A stretch of DNA of 64,000 bases. Source: an uncultured delta proteobacterium (GTDB lineage Bacteria; Desulfobacterota; Binatia; UBA9968). The notes under the pieces were generated by a model that saw only the letters and a list, made by a program, of their open reading frames with translations, was not told where the DNA came from and ran no database searches. Where the stretch lies: the NCBI GenBank assembly GCA_963727625.1, contig CAVSHR010000011.1, positions 288,001-352,000 on the forward strand, read 5' to 3'. The position numbers were made by a program, and so were the translations under genes. How positions within the stretch are numbered: position 1 is the first letter of the stretch; the number at the start of each line of letters is the position of its first letter. Shown here in pieces: positions 53,639 through 63,433 of the stretch.

Positions 53639-54796
53639 ATGGAGGGATGCATGAAAAGCAAAGCGACGAGAGTGATCGCGGTGGGATTGACCGCGGGGAT
53701 TGTTTTTGCCGGTGCGGGGGGTGCGGCGGAAAAGGCGATGAAGGACACCAAGACAGCGGCGCAAAAGGTCGTTCCCAGCCAAGTGAAAAAGCAGGCCGCC
53801 AGCGCCGGTGCGACGGCAGCCGCGGCGAAAGCGTTCGCCAAAGTCAGCGCGGTGCTCTACCCCAAGGCCAAGCAGGAAGGAAATTTGATCATTTATTCCG
53901 TGTGGGACGTGGAGCATCTCAAAGTCATTACCGAAGCCTTCATGAAGCGATATCCGGGTATCAAAGCAACCTATTGGCAGGGCAGGAACCCCGAGATCAT
54001 CACGCGCGCATTGACGGAGTTTCAAGGCGGTCAAGCGAGCTTCGACATCGTGCTTTCGGACAATGCCCCGCCGGTGATCCGCGCCGCGGGCGGCATCATG
54101 AGCTACGACACCGTACAGGGCGATGTCCTGTACCTGCATGATCCGACTATGGCGACGGTGAGTTTGCAAATTCAGGCGTTGGCCTACAATACCAAGAAAA
54201 TGAAACCGGCGGATTTGCCGAAAAGTTGGGAAGAGGTCGCCAATCCGAAGTACAAAGGCATGATCGCGCTCGACGATCCGATGCGCGCCGGACCGCTCAG
54301 CTCCATGCTCTCGGGATTGAAAACCCAGTGGAACGACGATGCTCGCTTTGCCAGGTTTCTGAAGGGACTCAAGGCCCTGAAGGTGCCCGTGCACAAGAGC
54401 ACGAGCGCCATGTTTCGCCTGGTTATTGCCGGCGAGTATGCGATCTGCATGCCGGCGCTTCTCCATGATGTCATCGAAGAAATGCATAAGGGCACACCGG
54501 TTAGCTACGTTAAGTCCGTGGCGCCGGTAGTCTTCCCGCGCCAGGCGGCAATCTACGCCAAGGCGCCGGACCCCAATGCGGCAAAGCTGTTTGCCGAATG
54601 GATGATTTCAGAGGAGGGCCAGAAAACCATTGATTCGATTGGCCGCGAGTCCTCGCGCACCGACTTCAAGTCGCGCACTTCGATCGAATCGGCCTTCGGC
54701 AAGGACACCAAGCCGTTACCGGTTACGGATAAACTCTTTCTCGAAAATCCGAAGAAATGGCTCGATATAAACGTCAAACCGATTTGGGAAGGGTAG
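53639..54796 (+). CDS. Solute-binding protein (Fe3+/SBP_bac_6 type)
   Basis: AKQEGNLIIYS, AYNT, LPKSWEE, APDPNAAKLF. Confidence 0.9.
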   Translation: MEGCMKSKATRVIAVGLTAGIVFAGAGGAAEKAMKDTKTAAQKVVPSQVKKQAASAGATAAAAKAFAKVSAVLYPKAKQEGNLIIYSVWDVEHLKVITEAFMKRYPGIKATYWQGRNPEIITRALTEFQGGQASFDIVLSDNAPPVIRAAGGIMSYDTVQGDVLYLHDPTMATVSLQIQALAYNTKKMKPADLPKSWEEVANPKYKGMIALDDPMRAGPLSSMLSGLKTQWNDDARFARFLKGLKALKVPVHKSTSAMFRLVIAGEYAICMPALLHDVIEEMHKGTPVSYVKSVAPVVFPRQAAIYAKAPDPNAAKLFAEWMISEEGQKTIDSIGRESSRTDFKSRTSIESAFGKDTKPLPVTDKLFLENPKKWLDINVKPIWEG

Positions 54797-54828
54797 CGAT
54801 AGGCCAGCCATTTAAATTTCAAAGGGCC

Positions 54829-54870
54829 GGGGGAATAGAGTTTGTCAGAACTCTGTTCCCCCTTGTTTTT
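54829..54870 (+). terminator. Intrinsic terminator
   Basis: GGGGAATAGAGTT...AACTCTGTTCCCC followed by T-rich tail. Confidence 0.75.
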
Positions 54871-55059
54871 CGGGGAGTAAATCGGTGACTAGCGATTGCC
54901 TAAACGCTTATATTTAGCGCCGCGGATTGTAGAAAAGCCTAACTTCCTGTGCTAGTTTTAGCCAACCTTAGGCGCAGCACGCATCCGGGAACGATTACGC
55001 GATGTTCGCTGCATGCCTCTCCGGTTAGCGAGCCGGATGCAAACAGGACGGACCCCTAC

Positions 55060-55150
55060 GGAGAGATGGCCGAGTGGTCTAAGGCGCACGCCTGCTAAGC
55101 GTGTGTACCCCAAAAGGGTACCGAGGGTTCAAATCCCTCTCTCTCCGCCA
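55060..55150 (+). tRNA. tRNA-Ser(GCU)
   Basis: GGAGAGA acceptor, CTGCTAA loop, long variable arm, CCA. Confidence 0.95.
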
Positions 55151-55232
55151 TTTGTTAATTCGCATGGCATATCGATCACCTCAGGTTACAGACTCCCGGT
55201 TAGCGCTATTCTGTAATCTTGGAGGTTGGCAA

Positions 55233-55309
55233 GCGCCCGTAGCTCAATTGGACAGAGCACCAGACTACGAATCTGGGGGTTGGGGGTTCGAATCCCTCCG
55301 GGCGCGCCA
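55233..55309 (+). tRNA. tRNA-Arg(ACG)
   Basis: GCGCCCG acceptor, CTACGAA loop, GTTCGAATC, CCA. Confidence 0.95.
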
Positions 55310-55379
55310 GCGCTTCGGGCCGACCGTGAATACTAAAATCTCACAATATTTTAGGTTAGTCGGCAACGCCGATTTGGCT

Positions 55380-55634
55380 ATGCGTGCAGCGGTTCTATTC
55401 TGCGGTGCAATTCTTTGGGCCTGCCTTTCCGCCTGCGCCTCTAGCACCCCGGCCAATCCCAACCTGCGCAAGGAAACGCCGCGAGGCTTCTTTGAAAGAT
55501 TGACCGACCAACTCACCGAACGGGAATGTAACGTTTTCCGTTTTACCTGTCCTTACGGCCTTGGGCCGGCCGGAGAGCCCTGCGAATGCACGGATCCGCG
55601 GGGGATTGTTTTAGAAGGCCGGACAGTTAAATAA
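55380..55634 (+). CDS. Small Cys-rich lipoprotein
   Basis: LSAC lipobox; C-x6-C-x10-C-x-C tail. Confidence 0.6.
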   Translation: MRAAVLFCGAILWACLSACASSTPANPNLRKETPRGFFERLTDQLTERECNVFRFTCPYGLGPAGEPCECTDPRGIVLEGRTVK

Positions 55635-55805
55635 TCCGATTTTTGCGGGTAGCCATTAAATTATTGTTCGGCCTGTACAGCCTTGGCGATTAGCCAAATT
55701 TGAACATTGCTCGCGGTAGTCGATTTTGAGTATTTGCCACCCCTTAGAAGTAACCGTTTAACCGGGCCGGGCGCTGTCGAAGCGAGCCGCCGAAACATTT
55801 CGGGT

Positions 55806-55821
55806 GGGCATGGGAGTTGCT
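55806..55821 (+). promoter_or_regulatory. Possible sigma54 promoter
   Basis: GGGCATG-GGAG-TTGCT, 24 nt before ATG 55846. Confidence 0.5.
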
Positions 55822-55845
55822 CATGGCGATGGTAGTATCAAGGCG

Positions 55846-56241
55846 ATGACCCGGGAAGATTCTAAAACCGTACTGATCATTGAAAAGGAGCCAAACAATA
55901 CGCAGCTATTGGTCAAGCAGGTTTTGTTTGCAGGTCTCAATCCGGTGGTTGCGGTTACCGGCGAGGGTGGGGTTCGTAAGGCGATCGAGCATGCGCCGGA
56001 TTTAATCCTCCTCGAATTGGGCCTCGCGGATATGGATGGATTGCGCTGTGTGTCGCTGTTAAAGGAACAGCCGAAGCTAAAAAAAATTCCCATCGTGGCG
56101 ATGAGTATTTTTCCGTATTTGAAAGCTAATGCACTTCATGGCGGTTGCGACGATTTTATGAAAAAGCCGGTCAAAATGATTGAATTGATGGCTTATATTC
56201 GAACCTACCTGCGCCAGGCGGCGCCTGTGCAGAAATCATAA
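55846..56241 (+). CDS. Stand-alone atypical receiver protein
   Basis: REC fold (PDLILLELGL, KKP) with Glu at the phosphoacceptor position. Confidence 0.8.
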   Translation: MTREDSKTVLIIEKEPNNTQLLVKQVLFAGLNPVVAVTGEGGVRKAIEHAPDLILLELGLADMDGLRCVSLLKEQPKLKKIPIVAMSIFPYLKANALHGGCDDFMKKPVKMIELMAYIRTYLRQAAPVQKS

Positions 56242-56564
56242 GCGGCGCAGCGCCGCGACCTGCCGATCCCGAATCGAATTTTTTGCGCTGCGCCTGCTCA
56301 AGGCCCTCGCTCCGGGCCGAATTTTGTTCGTCGATCGCACCGGTGCGGTTTCCCCTGCTCTCCTGCCATTACCCTGCGAAACTGTTGAGGCTGATAAACC
56401 GCCTGCCGCGATTTCATCCTCGCTTTTACTTAAGGCTCGGAGGACTTGTCGGAAAACCGCGAAAGTTGTAGTAGGGTTCGTGGAGCGATCTAGCTCTCTT
56501 TTGTCGGTGTTGAGGTTGGAGTTCGGCGAAAAGGCGGGCGAAAAGAGAAAGGAGATCCACGGTC

Positions 56565-57383
56565 ATGTCGGTCGTAACGATTTCTCATGCAGCCTACAGT
56601 GGCGGGGCCACAATCGCGGAAAAAGTCGCATCGATGCTCAATTATCGTTCGGTCGACCGTGAAGTGTTGATCGAAGCGAGCAAGCGTTACGGGATTCCTG
56701 AGGCGAAGTACACCGAGATGCTTGAAACCGAAGGTCACTGGTGGGAGCGCTGGCGCGAAAGCCTGCGGCTTTATCGAATCACCCTGCAAGCAGCCATGTG
56801 TGAAGTGGCCTCGGAAGACCGGCTGGTTTATTATGGCCGGGCTGGCCGGCAGCTTCTTCCTGGGATCAAGCATGTCCTGAGGGTGCTCATCGTTGCGCCG
56901 ATGGAATTCCGGATTGAACTGGTGCGCGCACAGAAGGGCATGGACGACGAAACTGCCCGTCAGTATCTGCGCGAGCTCGATCGTGTGCGCAGCCGGCGCT
57001 TTCGCGCGCTGTTCAATGACGACTGGCAGGACCCGGTCGGCCAAGATTTGGTTTTGAACGGCGCAAGGTTTTCGGCGGAGAGCGGTGCTTCGCTGATCGC
57101 CGACACGGTGCGGCGGCCGGAGTTTCAGCCAAGTCCCGAGTCAAAAAAGGCCTTCGAGGATCTAGCCACTACGGCGCACGTCCAGGCGGCATTGATCACT
57201 TCGCCGAAGACCCGCAACGTCGTGCTCAACGTCAAGAGCGACGATGGTCGCGTAAGCATCTCCGGCATCCTGGCGGACCCCGATTTGGAAAAAGAAATTA
57301 CGCGTATCGCCAAAGAAGTCAAAGGTGTCACGGAAGTTGCGACCGATATCGAACCTCCGCCGATTGAATACATGCATCCATAA
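56565..57383 (+). CDS. Cytidylate-kinase-like family protein with C-terminal BON domain
   Basis: VVTISHAAYSGG..IAEKVA, YYGRAG; VKSDDGRVSISG..AKEVKGVTEV. Confidence 0.8.
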   Translation: MSVVTISHAAYSGGATIAEKVASMLNYRSVDREVLIEASKRYGIPEAKYTEMLETEGHWWERWRESLRLYRITLQAAMCEVASEDRLVYYGRAGRQLLPGIKHVLRVLIVAPMEFRIELVRAQKGMDDETARQYLRELDRVRSRRFRALFNDDWQDPVGQDLVLNGARFSAESGASLIADTVRRPEFQPSPESKKAFEDLATTAHVQAALITSPKTRNVVLNVKSDDGRVSISGILADPDLEKEITRIAKEVKGVTEVATDIEPPPIEYMHP

Positions 57384-57497
57384 TTCACGCGTTCATTAAC
57401 GCGAACCGACGCGAATCAAACATTCAGCAAATTGAGTTCGGGGAATTTATTCGCTGGGCACGCCGTGATAATATCCGAACGTCGAGGGGAAACGCCC

Positions 57498-58007
57498 ATG
57501 GAAATGTACGATGTCGAGTATATGCGCCTGGCGCTGGCGGCGGCACGTGACGCAGCCGGTAGAGGCGAGGTTCCGGTTGGAGCAGTGATCGTTTCGGCGG
57601 GGGAAGTTCTCGGCACCGGTTGCAACCGCCGGGAGGAACGCCAGACGCCATTAGGACACGCGGAGATTTCGGCGATCGAGGAAGCGGCTGGCCGTCTGCG
57701 AAGCTGGCGCCTGGATCAGTGCGATATCTACGTGACGCTAGAGCCATGCCTGATGTGCATGGGGGCGATTTTGCAAGCCAGGATGCGCCGGCTAGTGTTT
57801 GCATCCCTCGATCCGAAAGCTGGCGCAGTTGAATCTCTTTATCATTTGTGTGAGGATCAGCGCCTCAACCATCAACTGCCCGCGACCGGCGGTGTCCTGG
57901 CTGAACAGTCGGCGGCTCTGCTCGCCGAATTTTTTATCCGCCTCAGGTCGCGAAATCGCCAAACTCAGAAAGCGGAGAGGTGGCCGAGCCCGGTTGAAGG
58001 CGCTTGA
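57498..58007 (+). CDS. tadA: tRNA adenosine(34) deaminase
   Basis: GEVPVGAV, HAE, TLEPCLMC, DPKAGA, LNH. Confidence 0.95.
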   Translation: MEMYDVEYMRLALAAARDAAGRGEVPVGAVIVSAGEVLGTGCNRREERQTPLGHAEISAIEEAAGRLRSWRLDQCDIYVTLEPCLMCMGAILQARMRRLVFASLDPKAGAVESLYHLCEDQRLNHQLPATGGVLAEQSAALLAEFFIRLRSRNRQTQKAERWPSPVEGA

Positions 58008-58065
58008 CTCGAAATCAAGTGTACGGGGAACCGTACCGGGGGTTCGAATCCCTCCCTCTCCGCCA
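57974..58065 (+). tRNA. tRNA-Ser(CGA)
   Basis: GGAGAGG acceptor, CTCGAAA loop, long variable arm, CCA. Confidence 0.95.
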
Positions 58066-58582
58066 AAATTTTCACTTTCATATTCAGCGGTTTACCCCTT
58101 CTCATTGGTTTCCAGTCAAAAGGCAGTTTCAGGACAATTTAGCGGGTGCCTATAGAAAACGGCGAGAATCGGATTGTCGACGGATAAATTCGGCTGTGCG
58201 TGATATTTTGCCCCGATGCCTGGTCAGAAATCCTATCGTGCCGCACTATCCTAAGGTACATGACGTCTTCCCCGATTCTGGTCTCACAGCTAACTCAATT
58301 AAGCGCTTGTTGATGATTGCGGATGGACGCATTTTCCAATTGCGACTGTGAAGCGCTCGATCGCCTGGTCAACGCGGCGGCCTTGGGTCCCATGCTGACG
58401 CGTTGACCGACGGCGGAAGCTGCGATTTTACCGATGCAGGGCCTGTTTTCTCGCCCCATGCCTTGCGAGCTTTGCGTCGAAATCCGCCTGTGGGATGGCC
58501 AGCGGGAAGCTCAGTGCCAGCGGAAGGATGCGCCGGTATGTCGGGAGATTGAGAAAATCAAACGTCGGTATTAGAAATCTGC

Positions 58583-58867
58583 TCAACGGCTGGTAGTGCT
58601 CTTGCGATCGAGCGACCAGGCGCCGTCGTCGTCAAAGATCGCCTCTCGGAAAAGCGTATCGTAGAAAACATCGATCATATCACCATTGCCGCGGATTCTA
58701 GCGACTCGCAGCGATGTCCAGATATCTTCCCACGGGATAAGCTTCATTGGGGCGTGGCCTGGCGAACCTGGCTCGATTGAGCCAAGGCCCGTCGGTTGAG
58801 TTTTACCCTCCTTGGCCGCGCGCGGATCAGCCATCTTGTCTTTTGAAATCAAATCCCGAAATCGCAT
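58583..58867 (-). CDS. Small hypothetical protein
   Basis: 94-aa ORF downstream of a strong sigma54 motif. Confidence 0.5.
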   Translation of the reverse strand: MRFRDLISKDKMADPRAAKEGKTQPTGLGSIEPGSPGHAPMKLIPWEDIWTSLRVARIRGNGDMIDVFYDTLFREAIFDDDGAWSLDRKSTTSR

Positions 58868-58951
58868 CGAATAAATTCTTGCTGAGTTTGGTATTGGTTG
58901 GCGCAGTTCACGGCTGAACGAGTAAACCGAGAAGCGCTGACAACCGTTCTG

Positions 58952-58967
58952 AGCAATTGCAGTGCCA
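58952..58967 (-). promoter_or_regulatory. sigma54 promoter
   Basis: TGGCACT-GCAA-TTGCT; CGTAAACATTTCTAACA enhancer-like site at 59035. Confidence 0.7.
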
Positions 58968-59317
58968 TTTTTGTAAATCTATGAAAAATCAAGTAGTTTC
59001 GTCGCTGGGGTACGTCGATGGAAAAGCGAGATACGTAAACATTTCTAACAATAACTTTAATGATTGCGTTTCATTTTTCGAATTTAATTACAATATATGT
59101 TTATTAATCGGACTTTAGCGTCGGTTTAAAATTTAGCTCCGAAGGCCGCAAAAAACGTTAAGAGATTTAACATGAAAGGCAGTAAATCCATTCTTTGAGT
59201 GAGCCGCTTGTGGAAAAAGTTATTCAGTTCGCTGATAAGCGTTTTGTAGAAAATCACTTGACTCTATGTTAGCTTCACATCACGCGCCGACGATCGGTGG
59301 ACGGTTTACTCAAGCTG

Positions 59318-59410
<93 letters not shown>

Positions 59411-59493
59411 GGAATGAATGGGTTTGATTGAGGGTCGGTTATATTCCGAATTCTTTCGTCCCAAAGCGCTCGTTAAGCCGAACTGAATTCGAT

Positions 59494-59625
<132 letters not shown>

Positions 59626-59698
59626 GGAAAATAAATTATAAATCATGGCGGGCCGGCGTGTTCGTCGGCTTCGGAACCGATCATCCCGCGTCGATTTT

Positions 59699-61390
59699 AT
59701 GTCTTACCTGGTCATTGCCCGGAAGTGGCGCCCGCAAATTTTTTCGGATATTGCAGGGCAGGAGCATATTACTCGGACTTTGCAAAATGCCATCCGCGCT
59801 AATCGCATCGCGCATGCGTTTCTATTTACCGGGGTCCGCGGGGTCGGCAAGACGACCGCTGCGCGGGTGCTCGCCAAAGCGTTGAACTGTGCCAAAGGGC
59901 CTACGCCGAATCCCTGTAATGAATGTAATCAATGCCGAGAGATTTCTCAGGGCAACTCCATCGACGTGTTCGAAATCGACGGCGCGTCGAACCGAGGCAT
60001 TGATGAAATAAGACAGATCATCGAAAACGTTCGTTATCAGCCGGCCAATTCCAGATTTAAAATTTACATCATCGACGAAGTGCATCAGGTGACCAAGGAC
60101 GCCTTCAATGCTTTGCTTAAAACGTTGGAGGAGCCGCCGCCGTCGGTAAAGTTTATTCTGGCCACCACCGAACCACAGCGGTTACCGGCGACTATCCTGT
60201 CGCGCTGCCAACGCTATGATTTCCGCCGTATCAATCTCCGTGAAATCGTCGAACGCCTCGGCGCCATCGCCCAGAGCGAGGGGCTCGCCATTACCGAGGG
60301 TGCCCTGGTACTGTTGGCGCGGGAAGCCGACGGCAGTATGCGCGATGCCCAGTCGTTGCTTGAGCAGGTTCTCGCCGTTGGCGCGAATATCGACGGCGAG
60401 ACCAAACGCGGCGCGGTGGATGAAACGTTGCTCCAAGACGTATTGGGCCTGGCGGAGCGGCGGGTTCTTTACGAGATTTCCGCCTCGGTGCTTGCGGGGG
60501 ATTCTCGCCGCTGCGTCGAACTGGTGGCTGCAGTCGTCAATCAAGGCCGTGACATCAATCGACTTTCGCGCGATCTGGTCGAGCACTTCAGAAATCTGCT
60601 GGTGGCGCGCCTGGCGGGCAAGAGCCAGGATGGAGCGTCGGGCAGTACGGCTAGAGCGAGCTTGAGCGCGCCCCTGTTGGATTTACCCGATCAAGAAATT
60701 GCCGATCTCAGCGAGCAGTCCCGGCCATTGTCGGTCGAAACGCTACTCGATTACTTCGATTTCATGAGCGCGGGCGATGAAGACGTGAGTCGTTCGGTAA
60801 CACCGCGCTTCGCCCTCGAAAGCGTTTTAGTGCGCCTGGCAGGTTTGCCGAAGACGCTACCGGTAAGCGAGCTCATCGGGCGTCTGGAGCGGCTCGAAAG
60901 CAAGGCGCCGCAGCCGCTCCTCGGCGGCAGCGTTGCGCCACGGGTTAATCCGTTGAAGGAAACAACGTTTGCTCCGGCGCCCGCGGTCCTGCCGAGAGAA
61001 GCGGCGGCGCCGGTCAGCCCAACCGATCGCTGGCGCGAGTTTGTCACGCACGTGGGCCGAGAGAAAAAATTCTTGGCCTCCCACCTCGATGCCAGCAAGG
61101 CGTTGGAGCTGCCACCGCAGCGATTGCGCATCGGTGTTTCGGAGCGGCATCACTTGGCGTTCCTGCTTGACGGAGATAATCTAATCGCGCTCAAGGAGCT
61201 AGCCAATAGTTTTTTCGCTCAGGATGTCAACGTGCAGATCGTCAACATGACGTCGGAACGTACGAGCGGCGGCACCGAAGCGGCTTCCGCTGCGAGGCCT
61301 AACGCCGCCGACGAGCGAACCCCAATGGTCAAAGAGGCACTGCGCATATTCGGTGGATCGGTGCGGAATGTGCGCAAGGACAAGGGTTAG
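59699..61390 (+). CDS. dnaX: DNA polymerase III gamma/tau
   Basis: ARKWRPQ, GVRGVGKTT, IDEVH, NALLKTLEEPP, SRCQ. Confidence 0.97.
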   Translation: MSYLVIARKWRPQIFSDIAGQEHITRTLQNAIRANRIAHAFLFTGVRGVGKTTAARVLAKALNCAKGPTPNPCNECNQCREISQGNSIDVFEIDGASNRGIDEIRQIIENVRYQPANSRFKIYIIDEVHQVTKDAFNALLKTLEEPPPSVKFILATTEPQRLPATILSRCQRYDFRRINLREIVERLGAIAQSEGLAITEGALVLLAREADGSMRDAQSLLEQVLAVGANIDGETKRGAVDETLLQDVLGLAERRVLYEISASVLAGDSRRCVELVAAVVNQGRDINRLSRDLVEHFRNLLVARLAGKSQDGASGSTARASLSAPLLDLPDQEIADLSEQSRPLSVETLLDYFDFMSAGDEDVSRSVTPRFALESVLVRLAGLPKTLPVSELIGRLERLESKAPQPLLGGSVAPRVNPLKETTFAPAPAVLPREAAAPVSPTDRWREFVTHVGREKKFLASHLDASKALELPPQRLRIGVSERHHLAFLLDGDNLIALKELANSFFAQDVNVQIVNMTSERTSGGTEAASAARPNAADERTPMVKEALRIFGGSVRNVRKDKG

Positions 61391-61448
61391 CGGCAAACGA
61401 GCTGCTACACCCGGAGCGGCCAACTTTAAATTCCAAGGAGGAGGGTCG

Positions 61449-61772
61449 ATGGCAAGCATAGGCGCAATGGGCGATCTCTTGAAGCAAGCCCAGGAAATGC
61501 AGGCGCGAATGGCCAAGATTCAAGAAGCGCTGGCCTCTAAAACGGTGCAGGGCTCCGCCGGCGGAGGCATGGTTCAAGTGACGGTCAACGGGCAGTTCAA
61601 CATTACTCAAGTGCAAATCGAACCGTCGGTGATCAATGCGGCGGAAAAGGACATGTTGGAAGATCTGATCCTCGCGGCGGTAAATGACGGCATGCGCAAG
61701 GCCCGCGAGCTGGCGTCGGCGGAAATGAGCAAGCTCACCGGAGGAATGAAGATCCCAGGATTGATGCCATGA
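61449..61772 (+). CDS. ybaB: YbaB/EbfC nucleoid-associated protein
   Basis: KQAQEMQ, GSAGGGMV, MLEDLILAAVND. Confidence 0.95.
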   Translation: MASIGAMGDLLKQAQEMQARMAKIQEALASKTVQGSAGGGMVQVTVNGQFNITQVQIEPSVINAAEKDMLEDLILAAVNDGMRKARELASAEMSKLTGGMKIPGLMP

Positions 61773-62389
61773 TCCTCTATCCCGCTCCTCTTGATCGTCT
61801 CGTTCAAGAACTGTCAAGGCTCCCAGGCATTGGTGAAAAGAGCGCGGCGCGTTTGGCCTTCCACATGCTCAAAGGCAACAAGGATGACGTGATGCGGCTG
61901 GCCGACAGCATTGCCAAATTGCGCCAAGAAATGGGTTTGTGCCGGCTTTGTTTCGGTTTCAGTGAAGTCACGCCGCACGACGACGACGGTGCGCTCTGCG
62001 GCATCTGCCGTAGCGCCGGAAGGGAAGCCGATAAGATCTGCGTCGTCGAGGAACCGGCTGATTTGATCGCTGTCGAGAAATCACAGGAATACCGCGGCCT
62101 GTATCACGTGATCCACGGCACCATTTCGCCGCTCGACGGCGTTGGGCCGGACGCATTGCGCATCAAGGAATTGATCGAACGGCTGCGCGACGGGGCGGTC
62201 AAAGAAGTCATCGTCGCGACCAACCCGACCATGGACGGCGAAGCGACGGCGCTCTATCTTTCCAAGGTGATCAAACCGATGGGGGTTTCGGTGACCCGCA
62301 TTGCCCGCGGCCTGCCGATGGGTGGCGACCTGGAATACACCGACGCGGTGACCTTGGGCAAAGCCCTCGAGGGCCGGCGTGAAATCTAG
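61769..62389 (+). CDS. recR: Recombination mediator RecR
   Basis: LPGIGEKSA.RLA, C4 Zn finger, ATNPTMDGEATA Toprim. Confidence 0.97.
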   Translation: MILYPAPLDRLVQELSRLPGIGEKSAARLAFHMLKGNKDDVMRLADSIAKLRQEMGLCRLCFGFSEVTPHDDDGALCGICRSAGREADKICVVEEPADLIAVEKSQEYRGLYHVIHGTISPLDGVGPDALRIKELIERLRDGAVKEVIVATNPTMDGEATALYLSKVIKPMGVSVTRIARGLPMGGDLEYTDAVTLGKALEGRREI

Positions 62390-62401
62390 TGGCGGAGCAA
62401 A

Positions 62402-63433
62402 CTAAAAAATTTTTCTACCGACATCGATCGCCAGCCAGAATAACATTGCGATCAACGCCGAGGCGGGGATCGTCAATATCCAAGCCCAGACGATTCGTCC
62501 CGCTACATTCCAGCGCACCGATTTTAGCCGTCTAAGCGAGCCCACACCGATGATCGCTCCGGTAATCGTATGAGTGGTGGACACCGGGATGCCGAAATGG
62601 GCAGCGCTGAAGAGGGTAACGGCTCCGGCCGCCTCGGCAGCGAAGCCGCCCATGGGTTGCAAGCGGGTGATGCGCGAGCCCATCGTGTGCACGATACGCC
62701 AGCCGCCCGATAACGTTCCCAAGCCGATGGCCGCGTGGGCGAGCAAGACAATCCAAAATGGAATCATCAGTTTTCCCGCAGGATCACTGACCAGATGACG
62801 ATAATCGGCAACGGTAAAAAGGGCGCCGGCAATGATGCCCATGGTTTTTTGCGCATCGTTGGTGCCATGCCCGAGGCTGTAAGCCGCGGCCGACAACAGC
62901 TGCCCGCGGCGGAAAAAGTGATCCACGTTGGATGGAATCGCGCGCTTGAAGATATGCAGGATGGCCATCAGATTGAGCATGCCCAATCCCATGCCCATCA
63001 CGGGGGCTAAGACGATGAAGATCAAAGTACTCACCCAGCCTCCGGGAATGATGACACCGAGCCCCGCCTTGGCGACACCGGCCCCGGCGTAGGCGCCGAT
63101 CAGGGCGTGCGACGAACTGGTCGGTAGACCGATGTACCAGGTGATCAGGTCCCAGGTGATCGCGCCGAGCAGTCCGGCAAGAATCACATAGGAATCCACC
63201 TGCTGGACATCGAGCAGGCCGCTGCCGATGGTCTTGGCGACCGCGGTGCCGAAGGTAAAGGCGGCGACGAAATTCCAAACCGCCGCCCAGGCAACGCCTT
63301 GAAGCGGGGTGAGGACACGGGTGGAAACCACCGTGGCGATCGAGTTTGCCGCGTCGTGAAAACCATTGACATAATCGAAAACCAGGGCGATGGCGATAAT
63401 CAGTGCCGTTAGAATAAATACCGGATCAGCCAT
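62402..63433 (-). CDS. Inorganic phosphate transporter (PiT)
   Basis: NGFHDAANSIAT, GLPTSSSHALIG, HGTNDAQK, PVSTTH. Confidence 0.95.
   Translation of the reverse strand: MADPVFILTALIIAIALVFDYVNGFHDAANSIATVVSTRVLTPLQGVAWAAVWNFVAAFTFGTAVAKTIGSGLLDVQQVDSYVILAGLLGAITWDLITWYIGLPTSSSHALIGAYAGAGVAKAGLGVIIPGGWVSTLIFIVLAPVMGMGLGMLNLMAILHIFKRAIPSNVDHFFRRGQLLSAAAYSLGHGTNDAQKTMGIIAGALFTVADYRHLVSDPAGKLMIPFWIVLLAHAAIGLGTLSGGWRIVHTMGSRITRLQPMGGFAAEAAGAVTLFSAAHFGIPVSTTHTITGAIIGVGSLRRLKSVRWNVAGRIVWAWILTIPASALIAMLFWLAIDVGRKIF

Noticed and set aside
55101-55379. Upstream part of the 177-aa ORF
   Set aside because: Overlaps two tRNA genes; only the part from 55380 looks coding
59699-61390. Programmed -1 frameshift for DnaX gamma
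   Set aside because: No AAAAAAG slippery site with hairpin was spotted at the expected position
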